This document shows, piece after piece, positions 18,931-27,193 of a stretch of 64,000 nt of DNA. Under the pieces are notes generated by a model, which was given only the letters and a program-made list of their open reading frames with translations, was not told where the DNA came from and did not search any database. Source of the stretch: Obrimoposthia wandeli (Eukaryota); assembly GCA_977020255.1 (NCBI GenBank), contig CDROCS010000372.1:496001-560000 (forward strand), written 5' to 3'. The first letter of the stretch is position 1. Each line of letters opens with the position of its first letter. The translations under genes were made by a program, and so were the position numbers.

Positions 18931-18998
18931 TGTCATTCCTGCGAAGGCAGGAATCTATTCTTTATTTATTATGGATTCCTGCCTTCGCAGGAATGACA
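18931..18998. repeat. Dimeric GTCATTCC REP/MITE, copy 4
   Basis: TGTCATTCCTGCGAAGGCAGGAATC...GGATTCCTGCCTTCGCAGGAATGACA. Confidence 0.9.
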
Positions 18999-19005
18999 AC
19001 TACAA

Positions 19006-19584
19006 TTAATCTTTGGCCAATTCTAACAGTTTTAATGTTGTTCTTAAATTTCTTGTAGTTGCAATAACATTCAACTTTTTTTCTATGATGTTATTGGTTA
19101 ATTTTGTTTTACCAAAACCTGTTGGACAATTTAAATAAACAACATCATCTACTATTTTATATTTATCTTCTCCAAGATTTTTAATATCAATAGTTGTTTC
19201 TTTTGATACTTTATTTAAAAATGAAAAAGCAACAATTTTTTCATTTTCTATTGAAAAAGAATAGTTCTCAATTACTTTTTTCCATTCAGGAATTGTTCTT
19301 GCTATTACAGGAACGTCATATCCAAATTTAGTAAAAATTCCGTCTTTTATTATTTTACAAATTTCTGATTTCGCTTTTTCTGATTCTAAAATTATATTCC
19401 CACTTTGAATATACGTTTGCACGTTTTGAAACTGTAAATCGTTTAATAATTCACGTAGTTCTGCCATTGGAAGTTTGTTTTTTCCTGACACATTAATTCC
19501 GCGTAATAAAATGATAAAAGCCTCTCCTAACCTCTCCGAAGGAGAGGAACTCATACTCTTGAGCTTAAAATCTATATCTTTCAT
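19006..19584 (-). CDS. DUF1697 domain protein with repeat-derived N-terminal extension
   Basis: ILLRGINVSGKNKLPMAELR, VQTYIQSGN and TTRN motifs. Confidence 0.85.
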   Translation of the reverse strand: MKDIDFKLKSMSSSPSERLGEAFIILLRGINVSGKNKLPMAELRELLNDLQFQNVQTYIQSGNIILESEKAKSEICKIIKDGIFTKFGYDVPVIARTIPEWKKVIENYSFSIENEKIVAFSFLNKVSKETTIDIKNLGEDKYKIVDDVVYLNCPTGFGKTKLTNNIIEKKLNVIATTRNLRTTLKLLELAKD

Positions 19585-19639
19585 TTATTTTTTTCTTCGT
19601 AAACTTACTACTCCTTCCCTTCGGGAAGGTTGGGATGGG
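19521..19639. repeat. Inverted pair of CCxAxCC-AACC palindromic elements (19521..19551 +, 19608..19639 -)
   Basis: CCTCTCCTAACCTCTCCGAAGGAGAGGAACT and the reverse-oriented CCCATCCCAACCTTCCCGAAGGGAAGGAGTAG. Confidence 0.8.
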
Positions 19640-19643
19640 ATTT

Positions 19644-21104
19644 TTACAATCCAGCAATTTTATCTTCCTCTAAAATGTTATTTGTTTCAATTTTTACTAT
19701 TTCTAAAATGACTTTCAATTCGGCTGTCGTCATATTTAAATGTGTATTTACTTTATCGTCTGCAATTAAATTAAGTAAAGCTTTGTCTTGCGCTCTTCCT
19801 TTTTTCATTGCTTCATTATAACCAATATTTTCATTAAAAGTGACTAAAGAATATTTAGAGAAATATTCTTTTGGAAACGTTTTTTCTAAATCCATTTCTA
19901 TCTTTCTTTTTTCTTTAAATAATGGATTTGCAACATGACCTTTCATTTCATGAAAATTATCTAACGCTAAATCTGCAATGGCATCTGTATTTTCTTTTCT
20001 TGCTTTTTCATATGCCTTGAAAACGGTTTTCCAATCACTCAAATTTTGATTTAGAATTTCATCAAGAACAGTTACATCCTCAAATGAAGCATTCATTCCT
20101 TGTCCGTAAAACGGAACAATTGCGTGTGCAGAATCTCCCACTAAAATGGTTTTATTTTTATACGACCATGGCGAACATTTTATAGTTCCTAAAGGTCCTG
20201 TTGGATTGTTTAAAAACTCGGCTGTTATATTCGGAATTAACGCCAACGCATCTGGAAACTCATTCTCAAAAAATGTTGTAATTTTTTCTTCGGAGGTTAA
20301 ATTATTGAAATTATATTCGCCTTCATCATAACTTAAAAATAAAGTTACCGTGAAACTTCCATCCATATTTGGCAATGCAATTAGCATATAATCGCCACGA
20401 GGCCAAATGTGTAAATGACCATCACTAATTTGATGTTTTTCGTTTTTATCCGCAGGAATTTCTAATTCTTTATATCCGTGTGTTAAATAATTTTGAGAAT
20501 AGCTAAACAAGAATTTACGCTCTGAAACGTAACTTTTTCTTAAAATTGAACCTGCACCATCTGTTCCAAAAATAACAGTTGCATCAACAGAAAACTCTTC
20601 TTTGGTTTTATAATCTTTAAAATGAGCTTCTGTGTTTTCAATATCTACTGAAATACATTTTTTATTAAAATGAATGTTTACATTTTCATGTTTTTCTGCT
20701 TCTGTTAATAGAATTCCGTTTAAATCTCCACGAGAAATTGAGTTGATATATTCATTTTCTCTTCCTGAATAATTAGAAGCAAATGTATTTCCTTCTCTAT
20801 CATGCATTAATCGTCCATACATTGGAATGCAAATTTCTCTCGCTTTCTCTTCTACTCCACACAAACGCAAGGCTTTAAATCCACGGTCTGACAATGCTAA
20901 ATTGATTGATCTTCCTGCAGAAATATCTGTAGTTCTTAAATCAGGTCTACTTTCATATACCTCAACTTTATAACCTCTTTGGGCTAGTCTTAATGCTAGT
21001 AAACTTCCGCAAAGTCCAGCTCCAATTATTAGAATCCTATCCCAACCCTTTCCAGAGGAAAGGGCTTTCTTACTCTTATGTAAATTATTATTTTTTAAAT
21101 TCAA
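19644..21104 (-). CDS. kmo: Kynurenine 3-monooxygenase (TTG start)
   Basis: IIGAGLCG, GRSINLALSDRG, LHIWPR, GDSAHAIVPFYGQGMNASFED motifs. Confidence 0.93.
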   Translation of the reverse strand: MNLKNNNLHKSKKALSSGKGWDRILIIGAGLCGSLLALRLAQRGYKVEVYESRPDLRTTDISAGRSINLALSDRGFKALRLCGVEEKAREICIPMYGRLMHDREGNTFASNYSGRENEYINSISRGDLNGILLTEAEKHENVNIHFNKKCISVDIENTEAHFKDYKTKEEFSVDATVIFGTDGAGSILRKSYVSERKFLFSYSQNYLTHGYKELEIPADKNEKHQISDGHLHIWPRGDYMLIALPNMDGSFTVTLFLSYDEGEYNFNNLTSEEKITTFFENEFPDALALIPNITAEFLNNPTGPLGTIKCSPWSYKNKTILVGDSAHAIVPFYGQGMNASFEDVTVLDEILNQNLSDWKTVFKAYEKARKENTDAIADLALDNFHEMKGHVANPLFKEKRKIEMDLEKTFPKEYFSKYSLVTFNENIGYNEAMKKGRAQDKALLNLIADDKVNTHLNMTTAELKVILEIVKIETNNILEEDKIAGL

Positions 21105-21161
21105 AATATTGTTATTTTTCTAAATTAAGCTTCCTTTCCTTCGGAAAGGATTGAGGATAGG
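21036..21161. repeat. Inverted pair of CCxAxCC-AACC palindromic elements (21036..21068 +, 21129..21161 -)
   Basis: CCTATCCCAACCCTTTCCAGAGGAAAGGG and the reverse-oriented CCTATCCTCAATCCTTTCCGAAGGAAAGGAAGC. Confidence 0.8.
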
Positions 21162-22402
21162 ATTTTAACCATTTGATAGACATCCTCAAAACTTGTATAC
21201 ATTGGTACTGGTGCACAACGTATAACATCTGGTTCTCGCCAATCTGTAATAATATTATTTTCTGTTAGCTTTTTATGCAAACTTTTATCGGCGTTTTTTA
21301 CTTGAATAGATAATTGACATCCTCTTTCTTTTGGATTTGAAGGAGTAATGATTTTAATACCATCAGAATTAATTTGATTTATTAAATACTCGAAATAACC
21401 TGTTAGCTTTTCTGATTTTTCACGCAATGCTTCCATTCCAACTTCATCAAATAAATCTAAAGAAGCCTTAATTGCTGCCATTGATAATATTGGCGGATTA
21501 CTTAATTGCCAACCTTCTGCACCTTCCATTACATCAAATGGCTGACGCATATTAAAACGTGTGTCTTTGTTGTGATTCCACCAACCAGCAAAACGTGGTA
21601 ACTCTTTATTTTTTGAATGTTTTTCGTGAACAAATAATCCGCCCAAACTTCCTGGGCCAGAATTTAAATATTTATACGTACACCAAGCTGCAAAATCGAC
21701 CCCTGAATTGTGTAATTCTGGCGAAATATTTCCTGCTCCGTGTGCTAAATCGATTCCGACAATACAGTTTTTTGAATGCCCTATTTCTGCAATTCGTTTT
21801 AAATCTAAATATTGACCAGTATAATAATTTACTCCGCCAATTAATAATAAAGCTATTTCATCTCCTTGTTCAGAAACAATTGTTTCTAAATCTTTAATAT
21901 TTAATAATTCTTCTCCTTTTCTTGGTTTCCATTCAATTACATCATCATCCGAAAATCCGTGAAATTTTAATTGACTTTGCACTGCATATCTATCTGATGG
22001 AAAAGCATCCGACTCAATAACAATTTTATATTTTGTTTTTGTAGGTCTATAAAAAGACACCATTAACAAATGAAGATTTGTTGTAAGTGTATTCATAACC
22101 ACAACTTCAATTGGTTTTGCACCTACAATTTTTGCCAATTTATCCGTTAAAAATTCATGGTAATTTAACCACGGATTCTTTGCTTCAAAATGACCTTCTA
22201 CACCAAGATTTGCCCAATCTTCTAATTCCTGATTGATATATTCTTTGGTTGCTTTTGGTTGTAAACCCAAAGAGTTCCCTGTAAAATATAACCAGTTATT
22301 CCCATTTTTGTCTTTAGGAATATGAAATCGATTTCTTAAATGAGAAAGAGAATCCTCTTTATCTTGCTGTTGTGCGTAGTCTAGATTATTTTGGTATTTC
22401 AT
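21125..22402 (-). CDS. kynU: Kynureninase
   Basis: YFTGNSLGLQP, DLAHGAGN, WCTYKYLNSGPG (PLP Lys) and QLSNPP motifs. Confidence 0.95.
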   Translation of the reverse strand: MKYQNNLDYAQQQDKEDSLSHLRNRFHIPKDKNGNNWLYFTGNSLGLQPKATKEYINQELEDWANLGVEGHFEAKNPWLNYHEFLTDKLAKIVGAKPIEVVVMNTLTTNLHLLMVSFYRPTKTKYKIVIESDAFPSDRYAVQSQLKFHGFSDDDVIEWKPRKGEELLNIKDLETIVSEQGDEIALLLIGGVNYYTGQYLDLKRIAEIGHSKNCIVGIDLAHGAGNISPELHNSGVDFAAWCTYKYLNSGPGSLGGLFVHEKHSKNKELPRFAGWWNHNKDTRFNMRQPFDVMEGAEGWQLSNPPILSMAAIKASLDLFDEVGMEALREKSEKLTGYFEYLINQINSDGIKIITPSNPKERGCQLSIQVKNADKSLHKKLTENNIITDWREPDVIRCAPVPMYTSFEDVYQMVKILSSILSEGKEA

Positions 22403-22552
22403 CTAATAAAAAAATGATTGTCTTCAAATATAAAACATTCCTTTTTAGATTTCAATTTTAAGAAGTATATTTAACAGAATAATCATACTCTATAGCGTCT
22501 ATTCGCAAATTAAAAAAGATTAAGTTTTGTATTTTAGCAAAAAATAGTTCTA

Positions 22553-23740
22553 ATGAAATTAATTAAATACTTTTCGTTTTTATTGCTAGTCGTTTTATTT
22601 TCTTGTAAAAATAACAGTACAATAACTTCAGAATTAGAGAATATTCATTCATCAATAAAAGCTGAATTCGCGCCAGATAAAAGAGTTGAATTATTTGATG
22701 TTAACTTTAATTCTTCTAATAATAAGATAATTTTAGAAGGAGAAACTACTTCTAAAAAAGCATTTTCTATGCTGTTGGATAGTTTGAATAATAGAAAAAT
22801 AAAGTTTACAAATAACGTTCGTGTTTTACCAGATTCTGCTGTTGGAAATTTACAATTTGCTGTTGCTAGAAATTCTGTTATTAATATTCGCTCTAAACCA
22901 AAACATTCTGCTGAATTAGGAACGCAAGGTTTGTTAGGCATGTCTTTAAAAGTATTAGATAAAAAAGGTGATTTTTATAGAATTCAAACTCCAGATAATT
23001 ACATTTCTTGGGTTGACAAAGGTGGAATAACTAGAATGAACAAAAGCGAATTTGATAATTGGAACGCTTCTAAAAAAGTAATTTTCACAAAAAACTTTGG
23101 TTACGTTTATACCGCAAAAAATAAAAATGCTAACATTATTTCTGATATAACTTTAGGTGGAATTTTAAAGTATTTGTCTGAAGATGCTACTTTTTACGAA
23201 GTGAGATATCCTGATAATAGAACTGGTTTTATAAAGAAAAAGGAAGCTGTTATTTATGAAAATTGGTTACAGAAATTAATTCCATCGCAAGAAAACATTG
23301 AAACAATTGCAAAAAAAATGGAAGGTTTCCCTTATTTATGGGGCGGAACTTCTTCGAAAGGAATCGATTGTAGCGGATTTACAAAAATAGTGTATTTAAT
23401 GAACGGCTTTGTAATTCCAAGAGATGCATCGCAACAAATTAATGCAGGTAAAAGTGTTGATAAAGATTTAGATTTTAAAGATTTAGAAAAAGGCGATTTA
23501 TTATTCTTTGGAAGAAAAGCTACAGCAGAAAAGAAACAACGTGTTGTTCATGTTGGTATTTGGCTAGGAAATAACAAAATGGAATTTATTCACGCTTCTG
23601 GGAATGTTCATATGAACTCTATGGATTCTGAACAACCTAATTATGATGATTTTAATAAAAACAGGTATTTAGGTAGTAAACGTTATTTGAATGTTAAAGA
23701 CAAAAATATTATTGACTTGAAAGATAAAATTAAACTTTAG
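22553..23740 (+). CDS. NlpC/P60 (C40) peptidase lipoprotein with SH3-like domains
   Basis: Lipobox LFSC; PYLWGG..SKGIDCSGF, HVGI and FIHAS motifs. Confidence 0.9.
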   Translation: MKLIKYFSFLLLVVLFSCKNNSTITSELENIHSSIKAEFAPDKRVELFDVNFNSSNNKIILEGETTSKKAFSMLLDSLNNRKIKFTNNVRVLPDSAVGNLQFAVARNSVINIRSKPKHSAELGTQGLLGMSLKVLDKKGDFYRIQTPDNYISWVDKGGITRMNKSEFDNWNASKKVIFTKNFGYVYTAKNKNANIISDITLGGILKYLSEDATFYEVRYPDNRTGFIKKKEAVIYENWLQKLIPSQENIETIAKKMEGFPYLWGGTSSKGIDCSGFTKIVYLMNGFVIPRDASQQINAGKSVDKDLDFKDLEKGDLLFFGRKATAEKKQRVVHVGIWLGNNKMEFIHASGNVHMNSMDSEQPNYDDFNKNRYLGSKRYLNVKDKNIIDLKDKIKL

Positions 23741-23756
23741 TTATTAAATAGACCAA

Positions 23757-23863
23757 TGTCATTTCGACAAAGTGAAGAATGAGCGCCGAGAAATCTCATT
23801 AAGTTAAGTAAATTTTTGTTTGAGATTCCTCAATCGACTAAAAAGCCTCATTTCAGAATGACA
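23757..23863. repeat. TGTCATTTCG...GAGAAATCTC...GAGATTCCTC...GAATGACA REP/MITE
   Basis: Terminal TGTCA/TGACA and internal inverted repeats. Confidence 0.75.
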
Positions 23864-23888
23864 GAACAAAAAAATATTTAATAAAAAA

Positions 23889-23911
23889 TTGCTTCGTTCC
23901 TCGCAATGACA
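23889..23911. repeat. TTGCTTCGTTCCTCGCAATGAC half-element
   Basis: Identical core at 24121..24142, near-identical at 4354..4375. Confidence 0.75.
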
Positions 23912-23921
23912 TAGCGTTAGC

Positions 23922-24055
23922 AAACAAGTTTAGCCCAGATTGAACGGTCTGTTTGAGCTCTTTTTTAGTGTCAGTTCGAGTGAATTTTGAAGGATGAAAA
24001 ATTTGTATCGAGAACAAGCTAAAAAAAGCGAGTAGTGAAAGCTGGAAATAGCTTC
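23922..24055. repeat. AAACAAGTTTAGCCCAGATTG...GAAAGCTGGAAATAGCTTC element with inner TCGAG element (23969..24015)
   Basis: Ends match 10261..10363 inverted; inner part matches 15702 and 33016. Confidence 0.8.
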
Positions 24056-24091
24056 AAAAAAAAACACCCTTCAATTTAAAAACTGAAGGGT
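24056..24091 (-). terminator. Intrinsic terminator downstream of serA
   Basis: ACCCTTCA/TGAAGGGT stem with an adjacent A tract (U tract on the minus strand). Confidence 0.6.
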
Positions 24092-24117
24092 ATTTATAAT
24101 ATTTAATTTTAATCAAC

Positions 24118-24142
24118 AGATTGCTTCGTTCCTCGCAATGAC
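24118..24142. repeat. AGATTGCTTCGTTCCTCGCAATGAC half-element
   Basis: Matches 23889 and 4351. Confidence 0.75.
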
Positions 24143-24151
24143 GATTATTAA

Positions 24152-26044
24152 TTAATACAAAACTCTAAATTTAATTGTGCCTTCTATTTTTCTTAATTCG
24201 TCTATAACTTCTGTATTATATTCTTTGTCTAAATCTGTAATTACATATCCAACTTTAGGATCTGTTGATAAATATTGACCAGTAATATTCAAATTGTACT
24301 CTGCTAAAACCTTATTGATTTTTGCCATAACGCCAGGTACATTTTTGTGAATATGTAAAAATCTGTGCGCTTTTGTTTGTCTAGGCAAACGAATATTTGG
24401 GAAATTTACAGCATCTACAGTATTTCCAGAATTAATATATGCCATAATTTTACTTGGTACAAAATCTGCAATATCTCTTTGCGCTTCTTCTGTACTTCCA
24501 CCAACGTGTGGCGTTAAAATTACGTTTGGCAATCCTTTTAATTCTGTTAAGAATTCTCCATTTTTTCTTGGCTCTTCTGGATACACATCTACTGCAGCTC
24601 CTGCTAATTTACCGCTTTTTAAAGCAGCTGCTAACGCTTTAATATCAACTACAAAACCACGAGAAAGATTTACTAAATGTGCGCCATCTTTCATCTGTGA
24701 GATTTCTTTTTCTCCGAAGAAATTCTTGTTTGCAGCATTGTCATCTACGTGTAAAGTAACCACATCAGATAGTGCTAATAAATCTTCTAATTTAGCTACT
24801 TTGGTTGCGTTTCCTAACGCTAATTTATCTTCAACATCGTAATAATAAACATCCATTCCTAAAGCTTCTGCTAAAATTGATAATTGCTTACCAATATTAC
24901 CATAACCAACAATTCCTAGTTTTTTACCACGAACTTCTTTAGAACCTTCTGCTGTTTTATTCCATTGACCGTTATGAATTTCTGTACTTCTTTGAAAAAC
25001 AGAACGCATTAACATAATAATTTCTCCAATTGCTAATTCAACCACAGAACGTGTATTGCTATAAGGAGCGTTAAAAACAACGATTCCTTTTTCTTTACAC
25101 GCTTCTAAATCGATTTGTTTGGTACCAATACAAAAAGCACTTACTACCATTAATTTATCTGCAGCATCCACAACTTTTTGAGTTACATTCGTTTTAGAAC
25201 GAATTCCTAAAACGTGTACATCTTTTATTTTTTCTATCAACTCGTCTTCAGACAAACTTTTAGAAACTGTTTCTACAGAAAAACCGTCTGTAGATAACTT
25301 CTTAAAAGCATCTGCATGTACGTTTTCTAATAATAATATTTTAATTCTGTTCTTTGGGTATGAGATATTTCTTGGCAAATCGTTTACGTATAAAAATTCA
25401 TCTAAATTAGGTGCAATATGGTCTGCGTTTTCTGTTGTTTTTATTCTTGAAACATTTTCTGTGTACGCAAAAAACTTATCTGCGACACCAGCTTCACGAG
25501 TTACATAATCGCTATAACCATCTCCAATAACTTGTATTTCTCCTTCTAAATTCATGTCTTTTAAACATTGAATTTTTCCGTTGTGTTTAGAAAGTGGGTT
25601 ATTAGCATCAAAGCTAACAATTTTTCCGACGTTATCAAACTCAAAAGTATTTGCAAATACTCTTTCTGAAGGAATGTTGTATTCTTTTACAATAGGATCT
25701 ATAAATTCTTTGAATCCGCAAGAAATTACATAAATATCTTCTGCAAATTCTTCAAAAAATTCTTTATTACTTTCTATGGATTTTGAAACTTGCTTTTTTA
25801 AAGCAGCTATTAAACCATCTAAATCAGACTTATTAGCGTTTAATAATTTAATTCTTTTCTCTAAAGACTCTGTAAAAGAAATTTCACCATCAATTCCTAA
25901 ATTAGTAATGTCAATTATTTCTTGAATAATTTCATCCTTTTTAGGATTGTCTTGCAAAGTAATTTCTGCTAAAACATCTAATGCTTCTACACGAGTTAGT
26001 GTGCTATCAAAATCGAAAATATAATTTCTTTTTATTGTACTCAT
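24152..26044 (-). CDS. serA: D-3-phosphoglycerate dehydrogenase with N-terminal HAD (SerB-like) domain and C-terminal ACT
   Basis: IFDFDSTL and IGDGYSD HAD motifs; LGIRSKT, FCIGT, GIVGYGNIG, LTPHVGGST PGDH motifs; HKNVPGVM ACT domain. Confidence 0.93.
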   Translation of the reverse strand: MSTIKRNYIFDFDSTLTRVEALDVLAEITLQDNPKKDEIIQEIIDITNLGIDGEISFTESLEKRIKLLNANKSDLDGLIAALKKQVSKSIESNKEFFEEFAEDIYVISCGFKEFIDPIVKEYNIPSERVFANTFEFDNVGKIVSFDANNPLSKHNGKIQCLKDMNLEGEIQVIGDGYSDYVTREAGVADKFFAYTENVSRIKTTENADHIAPNLDEFLYVNDLPRNISYPKNRIKILLLENVHADAFKKLSTDGFSVETVSKSLSEDELIEKIKDVHVLGIRSKTNVTQKVVDAADKLMVVSAFCIGTKQIDLEACKEKGIVVFNAPYSNTRSVVELAIGEIIMLMRSVFQRSTEIHNGQWNKTAEGSKEVRGKKLGIVGYGNIGKQLSILAEALGMDVYYYDVEDKLALGNATKVAKLEDLLALSDVVTLHVDDNAANKNFFGEKEISQMKDGAHLVNLSRGFVVDIKALAAALKSGKLAGAAVDVYPEEPRKNGEFLTELKGLPNVILTPHVGGSTEEAQRDIADFVPSKIMAYINSGNTVDAVNFPNIRLPRQTKAHRFLHIHKNVPGVMAKINKVLAEYNLNITGQYLSTDPKVGYVITDLDKEYNTEVIDELRKIEGTIKFRVLY

Positions 26045-26184
26045 TACTTCAAAATCTTGTTTGAATTTAAGTGAGTAAATCTACAAATATAGTAGGGATT
26101 TATGAAGTAGATTTTAAATTTTATGATATATGTTTTATTTACTATAAATAGCATGATACTTTATAAAAAAAGGTCTTTTAAAAC

Positions 26185-27006
26185 TTAAATATTATGGAAT
26201 CCTAAAAGAAGTAGCCACCACGCAATTGGTAATGACTCTACAAAAAAAGAAGTATAGTATTTAGATTGGTCTTTTTTAGCTCTCATTAGGAATAATATCG
26301 TCATAAAAAAGAAAATCATAAACGGAGTTTTTACCATATTTGAAGAAGAAACGAAATACTCTAATACCAATGAAAAAACGAGTAATGCCAACCCTAATTT
26401 CTTGGTTTTTTCTATGCCTATTTTCTTCGGAATTGTTTGCAAAGAAATAGCGTCATATTTTACATCTCTTATATCAAAAGGTAATATTAAAACTACTACA
26501 ATTAAAAAGCGTTGCAGTATTAAGAAAATAACGTTTAGAGAAATTTCCTTATCAGCATCTATTAAAGGAATTAAAACAGTAAATCCTGCCCAAACCAAAG
26601 CCACAACTATAATTTTTAAATAACTAACTTCTCTTAGATTTTTATGAAATCCGCTTAAAAAAGGAATGGCGTATAGAACGGTTAACACTACAAAAGGTAT
26701 TGTAAAACAAAGTGTTTTTAAGGAAACTTGATATGCAAAATAACACAAAGCTAAAAAACAGAAAAATGAAAAAACCTGAATAATTTTTAGTCCATTTGTT
26801 AAACTTTTGTGATGCAATTTTGCAACACCTGCATATTTTACAAAATTATAACCTGTAATCGTGCCAAAAAACATAAAATAACTCACATTCTGATTATAAG
26901 GAAGCTCAAAATAAATCTCTGTAATTCTTAGGAATGCATATACTGAAAATGCGACATGAATACTCGCATTTAAATAAAAATCGAACGCTAATTTTAAGAA
27001 TTTCAT
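26185..27006 (-). CDS. Hypothetical membrane protein, UbiA prenyltransferase-like
   Basis: About 8 hydrophobic helices; PFDIRDVKYD Asp-rich motif and TIP..IG..KTK. Confidence 0.6.
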   Translation of the reverse strand: MKFLKLAFDFYLNASIHVAFSVYAFLRITEIYFELPYNQNVSYFMFFGTITGYNFVKYAGVAKLHHKSLTNGLKIIQVFSFFCFLALCYFAYQVSLKTLCFTIPFVVLTVLYAIPFLSGFHKNLREVSYLKIIVVALVWAGFTVLIPLIDADKEISLNVIFLILQRFLIVVVLILPFDIRDVKYDAISLQTIPKKIGIEKTKKLGLALLVFSLVLEYFVSSSNMVKTPFMIFFFMTILFLMRAKKDQSKYYTSFFVESLPIAWWLLLLGFHNI

Positions 27007-27193
27007 ATCACAAAAATAGGTTTTCTGTTCATAACATCCTTTTTTAGTTAATAATTAACCCTTTTTTGCTTAAGAAATAAACTAAATTATTTTTATTAAT
27101 TACTTATTTTTGTTGAGTACAATTTTACATATTTAGCGTTTAAAAAAACACACGCTAAATCGATTGAAATATATCTAAACAAAACTTTATTTA

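Noticed and set aside
19475-19821. Plus-strand ORFs containing PSLREGWDG
   Set aside because: Repeat-derived reading frames antisense to kmo and the DUF1697 gene
13872-21161. CRISPR array interpretation of the recurring palindromes
   Set aside because: Repeats are dispersed singly at gene junctions, not regularly spaced with unique spacers; no cas genes
27007-27193. Possible glycine riboswitch upstream of gcvP
   Set aside because: AT-rich with no GGAGA/GAAGG-type aptamer cores or stems visible
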